DNA of 62,539 bases, the filler included, from Gemmatimonadota bacterium (lineage in GTDB: Bacteria > 4572-55 > J002), in NCBI GenBank assembly GCA_003697105.1. It is 6 parts of 6 records of this genome, joined end to end, with 100 filler letters (N's around TTAATTAATTAA, not from the genome) between each part and the next. Parts side by side here need not be neighbours in the genome. Positions count along the whole stretch, not along the records: positions 1 to 12,001 come from RFFQ01000109.1; 5 more parts are not named here. One strand, 5' to 3'. The notes beneath the pieces are model-generated. The model was given only the letters and a program-made list of their open reading frames with translations, made no database searches and was not told the DNA's origin. This document shows positions 1-9,968 of the stretch, piece by piece (the stretch's first letter is position 1; the number at the start of each line of letters is the position of its first letter). The translations under genes were made by a program, and so were the position numbers.

Positions 1-167
1 GGCATTATTCTTAAATCCTGAATAGTCGTTTCTAGGGGGATATTTGTCTCACATGATTCCAACTTTCTGATGAGGTAGCCTAGTTACAGAATCTATCTTG
101 GGATAAGTTTCTCTATAATCCATCCATCTTATATTCAACTCCAATTTTGAGGGATTAGGAGGAGATA

Positions 168-3100
168 GTGAGGCACTCATTATCGTATCTATTCATATAT
201 GTTTTAGTTTTGATACCCATCTCCTTATCTGCCCAGCAATCCCGAGACACGGCATTGCTGTGTACATTCGGCAATAAAGCGACAACCAATTGGGGCGATG
301 ATGATTATAACCAAGTGATTTTTATAGCGCTCCCTTCGGAAGCAAAAGCCCCGTTTTATGTGCGGATTTATGACCCAGATTGTTACGGCGCATTGGATGA
401 AGCCAACGGCACGTGGAATACTGTTACCGATTTCCGGGTCTATGGCGGCGCAGGCACCTACACCAACCCAAATGCCCGAAGTGTCTCCCCCCAAGAAGGG
501 CTACGCAGTGGAAATCTCCTAAAAGGCCAACTATTTGGTAATGAAGCCCGCTTTGACCAACAATGGTTTGTCTTAGGTCCGTTCTCCCCCACGGAAGGTG
601 AAATTATCGGAAACGAAATCCTGTTCAAGCTGGTGATTGAAGGTAAAGAAGGGGACGATGGAAATCTTTATGACCTCCAAATTAGCCAATCCGAAACCGT
701 ATTTTCCCCATACCCTAACGCTCGCTTGTTTGCCTATGAATTCACCTTTCAGTTGCCTCCCGAAGAAAATCGGGTCATGCAAATTCAATTATTACCGGAA
801 TCTACCGTCACCCAATTAGCACTTTATAATTTTGATTCCGATAAATTGAATAGCTTAACCCTTCGTATCCCCCAGAACCCACCCATCGTATTGGATGCCT
901 CTGGGGATAATACATGGGCGGTCACCCGGGTCGATGTGTCCGAGATGGAGCAAAATTTTTCGGTCAACTTCGGGAAAACAAGTTTTGGGAATAACGATAT
1001 CGTCTTTTATGCAGAAGATCAAAACGGGCGACCCATCCCATTACAATACCCTCTACCCATTGTCCACTTTCAGCAAGTAGAAACTGAGATTAAGCGCGAA
1101 CATGAATGCAATACGATCTTTTTTGATGCCTCGGCCTCAACCGACCCCAATGGCGATTTGTTGGATTATATTTGGGATTTTGGAGATGGCGCCCAAGCGG
1201 CAGGTGTAAGAGTTTCACACACCTATACCAAAAGCGGGGATTACCCCGTAATGCTAACCGTGATTGATAATTCCGGGGCAATTTGTGCCATTGCCAACGA
1301 TGTTGTATCGATCAATATCAACACACCCCCAATTGCAGATGCCGGACCCAATTTGACCGGTTGCCCCAATGAAACCATCCGGTTTAATGGCACGCGCTCC
1401 GTCGATCCCGATGGCGCCATTATTAGTTATGAGTGGGATTTTGGGGATGGTGAATCCGGCCGAGGTGCGACACCGATTCACGCCTATCGAATGCCCGGCA
1501 TGTACACCGTGACTTTGACAGTTACAGATAATTCGGCGACGTCCTGCAACGTGTCATCGGATCAAATCACTGTGAATGTCAATTCCCCGCCCGTCGCCAA
1601 TGCCGGACCCGATCAAACTGTCGGAACCACCACGGTCGTTTTTGATGGCACCGCATCTTATGACCCTGATAACCCGGGCGGCATGACGGGTAACGCCCTG
1701 ATCTACACCTGGGACTTTGGTGACGGTAGCCCGGGCAAACAAGGACCCACCCCATTCCATACATACCAAAAACCCGGTCAATACATTGTGACACTAACTG
1801 TCCAAGACCGCTCCGGTACAGAGTGCAATATCAGCACAGATACCATGATTTTAACCATCAACCAATCCCCTAAAGCAAATGCAGGTACAGACCTTGTAGG
1901 TTGCGCCGGAAAACCAATCACGTTTGATGGCTCCCGCTCCGTGGATGCGGATGGTTCCGTGGTCGAATATCAATGGGACTTTGGCGATGGCAATATCGGT
2001 GAGGGACCAAAACCCACCCACAGTTACGAACGTCCCGGGACGTACAACGCAACGCTAAGTGTGGTCGATAACACTGCCACCCTCAATAGCCGTGACACGG
2101 ATGTAGTAACCGTAACGATTAATCACCCCCCAATGGCAGATGCCGGGATAGATAAAATCGTCTGTGAAAACTCGCAAGTGGTCTTTGATGGTTCAAATTC
2201 ATTTGATTTAGATGGACATATTACCCGGTACGTCTGGGATTTTGGCGATGGAAGCAAAGGCGAAGGCGTTCGTCCGGTACATGTCTATACCAAACCGGGC
2301 AAGTACCCGGTAAAATTGACCGTTTATGACAACAGCAATACCGGTTGCGGGTTTTCTTCCGATGAAGTGACCATTACCGTCAATCAAATTCCGGTGGCAA
2401 ATGCCGGTGCAGATCAAACCGTGTGCAGTAGTACCGTTACCTTCGACGGCACAAAATCCGTCGATCCCGATGGGATAATCACCCAATACTTATGGGATTT
2501 TGGGGACGGAGCGAAAGGCGGTGGTCCTCGCCCCACACACGTTTACCCCGATGAGGGTACATACCTCGTTACACTTACCGTAAAGGATGATTCCGGCACA
2601 AATTGTAACTCCCATAGTGATGTAATGACCGTAGTAATCAACAAAGCACCCGTGGCGGATGCCGGGCCCGACCAGATTGTCTGTACCGGTTCTCCGGTAG
2701 CATTTAATGGGATTGGATCAACCGATTCGGATGGCGCAATCCAAAAATATATGTGGGATTTTGGGGATGGTACCCCCCAAGTGAGCGGAGCCCAAGCCAC
2801 CCATACTTACCAAAAAAGCGGAAATTACCGCATCATTCTAACCGTGACCGATAATTCTGGAACCAGTTGCCAAAATACCATCGATGACCTGATTGTCCGG
2901 GTCAACAATCCTCCCGTGGCGGAAGCCGGAACAGACAAACGGGGTTGTGTGGATGAAGCCATCCCGTTTGACGGCAGCGCCTCTTATGACCCCGACGGTG
3001 AAATCCGGCGCTATATCTGGGATTTTGGCGATGGTAGCCCGACGGTGGAATCCGTCAGCCCCGCGCATGTGTATGCCAGCCCCGGCACATACACCGCCAC

Positions 3101-5330
3101 ATTGACGGTCTATGACAATAGCGGTACCACCTGCAATAGCGATACCGATAAAATCGTCGTCGTGATTAACGAAATGCCAATTGCCGAAGCCGGCGAGGAT
3201 ATCCACACCTGTAATACCACGGTCACATTTGACGGCAGCCGCTCTGTGGACCCAGACGGCGGAAAATTAAGCTATCACTGGGATTTTGGCGATGGTTATA
3301 CCGGTAGCGGTCCGCGACCCACCCATACGTACCGCCAACCGGGGGTGTATCCGGTCACATTAACCGTGACCGATGATAGCGGTACCCGGTGCAATAATAA
3401 CTTTGATAACCTCACCGTGTTTATTAACCAACCCCCCATTGCCGATGCCGGCGAAGACCAAGTCGTCTGCCTGACAGACATCGTGGCATTCAATGGGAGT
3501 AAATCGGTTGATCCAGATGATGGCGTCTTAAATTATGTTTGGGACTTTGGAGATGGCTCACCTCCCAAAAGCGGCGTGGTTAGCCCCATCCACCAATACC
3601 AAAAAGGCGGAATTTACACCGTCACTTTGACGGTTACGGATGATTCCGGCGTGGCGTGTAATACCAGTATTGATAAAGTTACCGTCCAAGTTGCCGAAGC
3701 ACCTTCTGCAGATGCCGGTCCAGACCAAACCGTCTGTGCCAATACACAAGTTAAATTTGATGGATCAAAATCACGTGACCTTGACGGGCAAGTAAATGCA
3801 TTCTATTGGGATTTTGGTGATGGAAATACCGGCGGCGGCATGAATCCAACACACGTGTACAACCGTGCCGGAATCTACACCGTCACCCTCACTATTACCG
3901 GCGATGAAGTCGGGAATTGCACCAATAGTGATACGGATGTAATGACCGTCACCGTACATGAAGCACCTACGGCAGTTGCCGGTGAAGACCAAGTCGGTTG
4001 TGTCGGAGAACGTTTGGTTTTTGATGCAAGCCTTTCCAAAGCCGCCAGCCCCATCGAAACCTATTTGTGGGATTTTGGCGATGGAACACAGCAAAATGGT
4101 ATCATGGTCAATCATGCTTATACCAAACCCGGAACATATACCGTGAATCTAACGGTTCAAGATAATTCCGGTACGGAATGCAACCAAACCAGCGATAAAT
4201 TGACTGTCATCATTAACAACCCCCCTGTTGCCAATGCGGGGGAAGACATCAAAATTTGTATCAATGACCCCGTTAAATTTGATGGCACCGCCAGTGTGGA
4301 TCGAGACGGATTCATTACCTCGTATGAATGGGATTTCGGGGATGGTAACAAAGGACGGGGTGTAAATACCATCCACATTTATAAACAACCCGGCGTCTAT
4401 ACGGCATCATTGACCATTCGGGACAATTCAAATGTGGCGTGCAATGTGGCGAACGATACCCGCGTAATTACGGTCAACCAACCCCCCGTTGCCCAAATTG
4501 GGGATGAGCAGCAAACCGTTTGTGTCGGAGAATCGGTTCAGTTTAACGGCACATCCTCCCAAGACGCCGATGGGCAGATCACTAAATACGAATGGGATTT
4601 CGGGGATGGTAACAAAGGAAATGGGGAAAATACCAGCCACATCTACAAAAATCCCGGCACATATCAGGCAACATTGCGTGTTATTGATGATTCCGGGGTG
4701 TATTGCAGCGTTGGAACCGCCTCCACGACGATCATCGTCAACCAACCCCCGATTGCAGAAGCCGGGGCTGATAAAATTGCCTGCCCCAATGAAACGTTGT
4801 ATTTTGACGGCGCACAAAGTACCGATCTGGATGGGCGAATTGTCCGGTATGAATGGGATTTTGGTGATGGTACGCGCGGCAACCAAATTAAAACAAGCCA
4901 TGAGTATCTGGAACCGGGAACATACACCGTTACCTTGACAGTCACCGATGATTCCGGTACCGAATGCGCAACCGCCACAGACCAACTGACCGTGATTATC
5001 AATGAACCACCTTTGGCAGCCGTTACATTAGACGATATAACCGCCTGTGTCGGTTGTGCTCATGATGAAGTCTATTTTGATGCCTCACCATCGAAAGACC
5101 GAGAAGGCGGGCGGCTAAGCTTTCAGTGGGATTTTGGTGATGGAACAAAAGGGGTGGGAATGCGTCCAACACATACTTACACCGAACCCGGTGTGTACAA
5201 TGTTACGCTAACCGTCATTGATGACTCCGGCACAAAGTGTAACTATTCCACCATCAATATTACCGTAAATGCCAATCGAGCACCAACACCGGATATTCAA
5301 ATCCGTTCAGATGCCGGTAGTAAGCCTTAA
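168..5330 (+). CDS. Secreted surface protein: N-terminal ~300-aa domain plus 16 tandem Cys-containing PKD domains
   Basis: GTG start after AGGAGG; signal peptide (…ISLSA|QQ); 16 WDFGDG PKD signatures with H-x-Y-xx-PG-x-Y-x-V-x-L-x-V-x-D. Confidence 0.93.
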   Translation: MRHSLSYLFIYVLVLIPISLSAQQSRDTALLCTFGNKATTNWGDDDYNQVIFIALPSEAKAPFYVRIYDPDCYGALDEANGTWNTVTDFRVYGGAGTYTNPNARSVSPQEGLRSGNLLKGQLFGNEARFDQQWFVLGPFSPTEGEIIGNEILFKLVIEGKEGDDGNLYDLQISQSETVFSPYPNARLFAYEFTFQLPPEENRVMQIQLLPESTVTQLALYNFDSDKLNSLTLRIPQNPPIVLDASGDNTWAVTRVDVSEMEQNFSVNFGKTSFGNNDIVFYAEDQNGRPIPLQYPLPIVHFQQVETEIKREHECNTIFFDASASTDPNGDLLDYIWDFGDGAQAAGVRVSHTYTKSGDYPVMLTVIDNSGAICAIANDVVSININTPPIADAGPNLTGCPNETIRFNGTRSVDPDGAIISYEWDFGDGESGRGATPIHAYRMPGMYTVTLTVTDNSATSCNVSSDQITVNVNSPPVANAGPDQTVGTTTVVFDGTASYDPDNPGGMTGNALIYTWDFGDGSPGKQGPTPFHTYQKPGQYIVTLTVQDRSGTECNISTDTMILTINQSPKANAGTDLVGCAGKPITFDGSRSVDADGSVVEYQWDFGDGNIGEGPKPTHSYERPGTYNATLSVVDNTATLNSRDTDVVTVTINHPPMADAGIDKIVCENSQVVFDGSNSFDLDGHITRYVWDFGDGSKGEGVRPVHVYTKPGKYPVKLTVYDNSNTGCGFSSDEVTITVNQIPVANAGADQTVCSSTVTFDGTKSVDPDGIITQYLWDFGDGAKGGGPRPTHVYPDEGTYLVTLTVKDDSGTNCNSHSDVMTVVINKAPVADAGPDQIVCTGSPVAFNGIGSTDSDGAIQKYMWDFGDGTPQVSGAQATHTYQKSGNYRIILTVTDNSGTSCQNTIDDLIVRVNNPPVAEAGTDKRGCVDEAIPFDGSASYDPDGEIRRYIWDFGDGSPTVESVSPAHVYASPGTYTATLTVYDNSGTTCNSDTDKIVVVINEMPIAEAGEDIHTCNTTVTFDGSRSVDPDGGKLSYHWDFGDGYTGSGPRPTHTYRQPGVYPVTLTVTDDSGTRCNNNFDNLTVFINQPPIADAGEDQVVCLTDIVAFNGSKSVDPDDGVLNYVWDFGDGSPPKSGVVSPIHQYQKGGIYTVTLTVTDDSGVACNTSIDKVTVQVAEAPSADAGPDQTVCANTQVKFDGSKSRDLDGQVNAFYWDFGDGNTGGGMNPTHVYNRAGIYTVTLTITGDEVGNCTNSDTDVMTVTVHEAPTAVAGEDQVGCVGERLVFDASLSKAASPIETYLWDFGDGTQQNGIMVNHAYTKPGTYTVNLTVQDNSGTECNQTSDKLTVIINNPPVANAGEDIKICINDPVKFDGTASVDRDGFITSYEWDFGDGNKGRGVNTIHIYKQPGVYTASLTIRDNSNVACNVANDTRVITVNQPPVAQIGDEQQTVCVGESVQFNGTSSQDADGQITKYEWDFGDGNKGNGENTSHIYKNPGTYQATLRVIDDSGVYCSVGTASTTIIVNQPPIAEAGADKIACPNETLYFDGAQSTDLDGRIVRYEWDFGDGTRGNQIKTSHEYLEPGTYTVTLTVTDDSGTECATATDQLTVIINEPPLAAVTLDDITACVGCAHDEVYFDASPSKDREGGRLSFQWDFGDGTKGVGMRPTHTYTEPGVYNVTLTVIDDSGTKCNYSTINITVNANRAPTPDIQIRSDAGSKP

Positions 5331-5368
5331 ATAACATCAAACACTATCACCAGCAAATACATAGAGCT

Positions 5369-5408
5369 AACCTTGCGACGAGACCCTCCCCCCTCTCGCA
5401 AGGTTTTC
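5369..5408 (+). terminator. Hairpin (putative terminator/attenuator) between PKD gene and glycosyltransferase cluster
   Basis: AACCTTGCGA…TCGCAAGGTT stem followed by a short T run. Confidence 0.5.
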
Positions 5409-5413
5409 AATTA

Positions 5414-6385
5414 ATGAAGGCAATGAACATCATACCAACCTGCGATTTATCGATTATCATTCCTCTGCTCAATGAAGCCGATTCCTTGCACGAACTATAT
5501 GAACGCTGCCGGATAGAAGTCAATGCTCTGGATTTAAGCTATGAATTCATCTTTATTGATGATGGCAGTACCGACAATTCCGCCGCAATCATTCAAGAAC
5601 TCCATCAACAAGACCCCCACATTAAATTGATTCAATTCCGGCATAATTATGGCAAAGCGGCAGGTCTCGCCATCGGATTTGAAGCCGCCAACGGCGCAAT
5701 CGTGATTACAATGGATGCCGACCTACAAGATGACCCCGCCGAAATTCCAAATTTAATTGCCAAAATCAATGACGGGTGGGATTTGGTCTCCGGTTGGAAG
5801 AAAAAACGCAAAGACCCCCTCACAAAACGGTTACCCTCCAAAGTGTTTAATTATGTAACCGCAAAAGTCACCGGTTTAAAAATCCATGACGCCAATTGTG
5901 GACTCAAAGCGTACCGTTATGAGGTTGCCAAAACGGTGTATCCCTATTTATACGGGGAATTGCACCGTTATATCCCCGTCTTAGCACATATGGAAGGCTT
6001 CCGGGTAACAGAAACGGTTGTGGTACACCATCCCCGCAAATATGGCATTTCCAAATATGGCATGTGGCGGTTTTTTTCCGGATTTTTTGATTTGACGACG
6101 GTTGTCTTTCTGAACCGGTACACCAAACGTCCTCTCCATTTTTTCGGAATTTTGGGATTAATCACGTGGGCCACCGCCTCTTTAATTGCTTTGTACTTCT
6201 TTTGGGTCTGGCTAAACGAAGGCGCCTTACGGGTACGCCCAATGCTCCTCTTTGCCGGATTTTTAGCCGTCATTGGCGTGCAATTTTTCTCGATGGGCTT
6301 ATTGGGCGAAATGATCACCCGTTTCCGGCAAACCCCCCACACGGCAGATTATCTCATCAAAAATCGATTAGGATTCACCAAATGA
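5414..6385 (+). CDS. GT2 glycosyltransferase, polyprenyl-phosphate (DPM1/ArnC/GtrB-like) type with C-terminal TM helices
   Basis: IIPLLNE, DDGSTD, NYGKAA, MDADLQDDP, GELHRYIP motifs; two C-terminal hydrophobic segments. Confidence 0.93.
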   Translation: MKAMNIIPTCDLSIIIPLLNEADSLHELYERCRIEVNALDLSYEFIFIDDGSTDNSAAIIQELHQQDPHIKLIQFRHNYGKAAGLAIGFEAANGAIVITMDADLQDDPAEIPNLIAKINDGWDLVSGWKKKRKDPLTKRLPSKVFNYVTAKVTGLKIHDANCGLKAYRYEVAKTVYPYLYGELHRYIPVLAHMEGFRVTETVVVHHPRKYGISKYGMWRFFSGFFDLTTVVFLNRYTKRPLHFFGILGLITWATASLIALYFFWVWLNEGALRVRPMLLFAGFLAVIGVQFFSMGLLGEMITRFRQTPHTADYLIKNRLGFTK

Positions 6386-7086
6386 AAACCGTCATCTTAG
6401 CCGGTGGATTCGGAACCCGCTTACGTTCGGAAGTCGCCGACCGCCCCAAACCCATGGGACTCATTGCCGGAAAACCCTTTTTGCAGTACCAACTTGAGTA
6501 CCTCTATTCTTTTGGCTTAACGGAATTTATTCTCTGTGTGGGCTACAAAGCCGATCAAATTATGGATTTTTTCGGCGATGGCAGCTCGTTTGGGATACAG
6601 ATCGATTACGCCCGCGAAGAAAAACCGCTGGGTACTGCTGGCGCACTAAAAAACGCCGGCTTAAATGAACCGTTTTTAGCCCTAAATGGCGATTCCTTTT
6701 TGCGAGTCGATATAACACAGGTACTCACATTTTACCAGAAAGTACACGCACCCGTAATCGTGTGCCGGTATGTAACCGATGCGTCGCGATATGGCGCCGT
6801 CCAATTTGATGCCCACCAGCGGATTATCGCTTTTCAAGAAAAAGCGAAGGCGCATGGCGCCGGTTGGATCAACGCCGGCATATATGTGCTCAATCCGGAT
6901 TTGATGATGACAATCCCACCCCACCAAAAGGTATCCATTGAGCAGGAAACTTTCCCGGCATATCTGGAGCGCGGAATGTACGCCTTCCCTTCGGAGGATT
7001 ATTTCATCGATATTGGCACGCCCCAAAGTTACCAGCAAGCACAGCGAGATGTTGATTACCTTAGCCCTTGGAGAAAAATACCATGA
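6382..7086 (+). CDS. Sugar-phosphate nucleotidyltransferase, HddC-like (heptose-1-P guanylyltransferase)
   Basis: ILAGGFGTRL, PKP, PLGTAGAL, INAGIY, FIDIGTP; ATG at 6382 overlaps upstream stop (ATGA); next to HddA-like kinase. Confidence 0.85.
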   Translation: MKTVILAGGFGTRLRSEVADRPKPMGLIAGKPFLQYQLEYLYSFGLTEFILCVGYKADQIMDFFGDGSSFGIQIDYAREEKPLGTAGALKNAGLNEPFLALNGDSFLRVDITQVLTFYQKVHAPVIVCRYVTDASRYGAVQFDAHQRIIAFQEKAKAHGAGWINAGIYVLNPDLMMTIPPHQKVSIEQETFPAYLERGMYAFPSEDYFIDIGTPQSYQQAQRDVDYLSPWRKIP

Positions 7087-8087
7087 TTTACCGGAGTAAA
7101 GCGCCTTTACGAATCAGTTTTGCCGGTGGCGGCACCGATGTGTCACCCTATCCCGAAGAACGAGGAGGCGTCGTACTAAATGTCACCATTGATAAATACG
7201 CGTATGCCTCTTTGAAACCGCGTGATGATCGCAAAATGTCTATCCACTCCTTGGATTACGACATCGTCGCCAAATACAATATGGATGAAGAATTGACTTA
7301 CAATGGAGAACTCGACCTAGTTAAAGCGGTCGCGCGGAATCTGGAAGTCGATCAAGGGTTTGATCTGTTTATTCATAGTGATGCCCCGCCCGGCTCCGGA
7401 TTGGGATCATCTTCCACCATGTGTGTCGCTCTGGTTGGCGTGTTTCAACAGTGGCTAAATCTACCGTTAACACATTATGACATTGCCGAAGTAACCTACC
7501 ACGCGGAGCGAATCGATTTACAAATCACCGGTGGCCGCCAAGACCAATACGCTGCGACATTCGGCGGCTTTAATTTTATTGAATTCCTGAAAGATGCCAC
7601 CGTTGTCAATCCCTTGCGAATCCGACCGGAATATATCAACGAACTACACTACCGGCTTTTACTCTGCTATACCGGCAAAACCCGGCTTTCCGCCAATATC
7701 GTAGCGAATCATTCCAATGCGTTTCGCCGGAAGGAAAAAACAGTTGTAGAGGCACTCGACCAGACGAAAGCGTTGGCAATCGACATGAAAAATTGCCTGT
7801 TACGGGGTGAATTAGACTATTTTGGCGAATTACTCCACCATGCTTGGTTACACAAAAAACAGTTTAACGACCAGATCAGCAATGCCTATATTGATACGTT
7901 ATATGATACGGCTCGCAACAATGGCGCCGTGGGAGGTAAAATCCTCGGTGCAGGGGGTGGCGGCTATCTGCTGTTGTATTGCCCTTTTGATAAAAAGCAC
8001 ATTATTGCCAAGCAGTTAGAAGCGCTGGGTGGACAGATTGTGGAGTTTAGTTTCGAGTTTCAGGGATTGCAAACATGGCAGATTTAA
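7083..8087 (+). CDS. hddA: GHMP-family sugar kinase, HddA-like (D-glycero-D-manno-heptose-7-P kinase)
   Basis: APLRISFAGGGTD, PPGSGLGSSS, GGRQDQYA, GKILGAGGGG; ATGA overlap at 7083. Confidence 0.85.
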   Translation: MIYRSKAPLRISFAGGGTDVSPYPEERGGVVLNVTIDKYAYASLKPRDDRKMSIHSLDYDIVAKYNMDEELTYNGELDLVKAVARNLEVDQGFDLFIHSDAPPGSGLGSSSTMCVALVGVFQQWLNLPLTHYDIAEVTYHAERIDLQITGGRQDQYAATFGGFNFIEFLKDATVVNPLRIRPEYINELHYRLLLCYTGKTRLSANIVANHSNAFRRKEKTVVEALDQTKALAIDMKNCLLRGELDYFGELLHHAWLHKKQFNDQISNAYIDTLYDTARNNGAVGGKILGAGGGGYLLLYCPFDKKHIIAKQLEALGGQIVEFSFEFQGLQTWQI

Positions 8088-8818
8088 ATCGCCCGCTGGG
8101 ACAACCTGCCGCCTATCATGAATTGATTGTAACGCGACGGTTGGCAGTGTTGCAACAGTTTGAAGGTTTTCTGGACGCATCAAAAACGCTGGTGGATGTG
8201 GGCTGCGGGAATGGGGCGTCCCTACTGCAATTAGCACATCACTTTCGTTTGTGTCATGGTATTGATATTTCCGCCGCCAACCAACATGCGTTTGAAGCCG
8301 AAGCCCGCCGCCGGAATATCCAAAATTGTACCTTCTCTTTAGCCAATATCGACCAGTGGGTAGAAGTTCCAAAGCAGAAGTATGACCGGCTCATCTGCTT
8401 TGAGGTCATTGAGCACGTGCAAGATGACCAACATGCCGCAAAGATGCTCTACCATCTGGTAAAACCCGGCGGCTTGGCGGCAATTTCCGTCCCCAATAAA
8501 TGGTGGATTTTTGAGACCCACGGCGCACGGTTGCCCGTCCTCAAATGGAATCGCGTCCCGTTTTTTTCATGGTTGCCAACCCCGATTCATGAGCGGTTTG
8601 CCAATGCGCGCATTTACACCGTCTCGCGCATTACACGGCTATTGAAAAATGCCGGTTTTACCCTTGTGGATTGGCATTACATCACGGCGCCAATGGATCG
8701 TGTCACATGGAAACCCTTGCAAACGGTTCTCCGGCGTACGCTGTTCGCACAGCACACCACATCGATCCCGATGCTCTCAACCTCAATCATGGTCTTTGCC
8801 GAACGAAAGATGGACTAA
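8075..8818 (+). CDS. Class I SAM-dependent methyltransferase
   Basis: LVDVGCGNG motif I, FEVIEHV, KPGG. Confidence 0.88.
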   Translation: MADLNRPLGQPAAYHELIVTRRLAVLQQFEGFLDASKTLVDVGCGNGASLLQLAHHFRLCHGIDISAANQHAFEAEARRRNIQNCTFSLANIDQWVEVPKQKYDRLICFEVIEHVQDDQHAAKMLYHLVKPGGLAAISVPNKWWIFETHGARLPVLKWNRVPFFSWLPTPIHERFANARIYTVSRITRLLKNAGFTLVDWHYITAPMDRVTWKPLQTVLRRTLFAQHTTSIPMLSTSIMVFAERKMD

Positions 8819-8822
8819 TGCG

Positions 8823-9950
8823 ATGAAAATCTATTTTGTAGCCCCGGCATACCCTTTACGGGGTGGCATTGTGCATTACGTGGCGATTTTGCATAATCTG
8901 CTGAAAGCGCGCGGGCATGACTCCAAAATTTTATCCTTCACCGTGCAGTACCCTAAATTTCTATTTCCGGGTAAAACGCAGGAGGAAGCCAGTAAAGAGA
9001 ATCTGCCCGTCGATGCCGAACCGGTATTTAGCTCCATCAATCCGTTGAGTTGGTTCGCCACATTTTGGAAGATCAAGCACTACCAACCGGATATGGTGAT
9101 TTTCAAATATTGGATGCCCTTTTTTGCACCCGGTTTTGGCACCGTCTGTCTGTTGACCCGGTGGTTTACCAAAACGAAGATTTTATTCATTTGTGATAAC
9201 ATTATTTCCCATGAATCCCTGCCGGGGGAAACCCTGCTAACTCGGATGCTCCTGCGTTTGGTGGATTTTTTCATCGTTCAATCGGATGCGGTCAAAGCCG
9301 ATTTGTTGCGGCTGCACAAAAATGCCGTTTACCGCGAAGTCGCCCACCCCATCTATGATGTGTTTGAATCCCAACCCTTAACGCCGGATGAGGCACGAGA
9401 GCAGTTTAATCTAAAACCCGGCATCCCGGTGGTGCTCTTTTTTGGGTTCATCAAACCCTACAAAGGGTTGCATGTGTTAATCGACGCCATCCCGCAAGTA
9501 CGGGCAGAGCTACCGGACGTTCAATTTCTGATTGCCGGAGAATTCTACGGCGACCGGGAAGCGTACCTCGAGCAAATTCAAAACCTGAATGCCGGTGATG
9601 CCTTACAATTACATGATGATTACATTCCCAACGAGCAAGTGCAAGCGTTTTTCCGTGCCGCAGATGTTGTGGTATTGCCCTACATTTCGGCCACACAAAG
9701 CGGGATCATCCAGATCGCCTATAGTTTTGATAAACCGGTGATTACCACCCGGGTGGGCGGCTTGCCGGAGGTCGTTCTGGATGGAAAAACTGGTTTCGTG
9801 GTGCCTCCGCAAGATAGCGTCGCCTTGGCAAAAGCGATTATCCGGTTTTTTCAGGAAAACCACGCGCCGAACTTTATTGAAAATGTCCGCGAAGAAAAGA
9901 AAAAATACTCCTGGCAACCGCTAATTGAAGCCATTGAAACCTTTTCGTAA
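8823..9950 (+). CDS. GT4 (GT-B) glycosyltransferase
   Basis: PLRGGI, FFGFIKPYKG, PYISATQSG, VGGLPE; start reassigned to ATG 8823. Confidence 0.92.
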   Translation: MKIYFVAPAYPLRGGIVHYVAILHNLLKARGHDSKILSFTVQYPKFLFPGKTQEEASKENLPVDAEPVFSSINPLSWFATFWKIKHYQPDMVIFKYWMPFFAPGFGTVCLLTRWFTKTKILFICDNIISHESLPGETLLTRMLLRLVDFFIVQSDAVKADLLRLHKNAVYREVAHPIYDVFESQPLTPDEAREQFNLKPGIPVVLFFGFIKPYKGLHVLIDAIPQVRAELPDVQFLIAGEFYGDREAYLEQIQNLNAGDALQLHDDYIPNEQVQAFFRAADVVVLPYISATQSGIIQIAYSFDKPVITTRVGGLPEVVLDGKTGFVVPPQDSVALAKAIIRFFQENHAPNFIENVREEKKKYSWQPLIEAIETFS

Positions 9951-9968
9951 CGCAAACAACCCCAGCCC

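Noticed and set aside
4326-4619. Identical 30-bp sequence at 4326-4355 and 4590-4619 as a CRISPR or DGR repeat
   Set aside because: It encodes EWDFGDGNKG in adjacent PKD repeats; no spacer array, adenine-specific variation or reverse transcriptase in the window.
6166-6381. Extended starts in the ORF track (6166, 8649, 15245, 17503, 17603, 41250, 60340)
   Set aside because: They overlap neighbours or promoters; downstream ATGs fit RBS, stop-start coupling and homology better.
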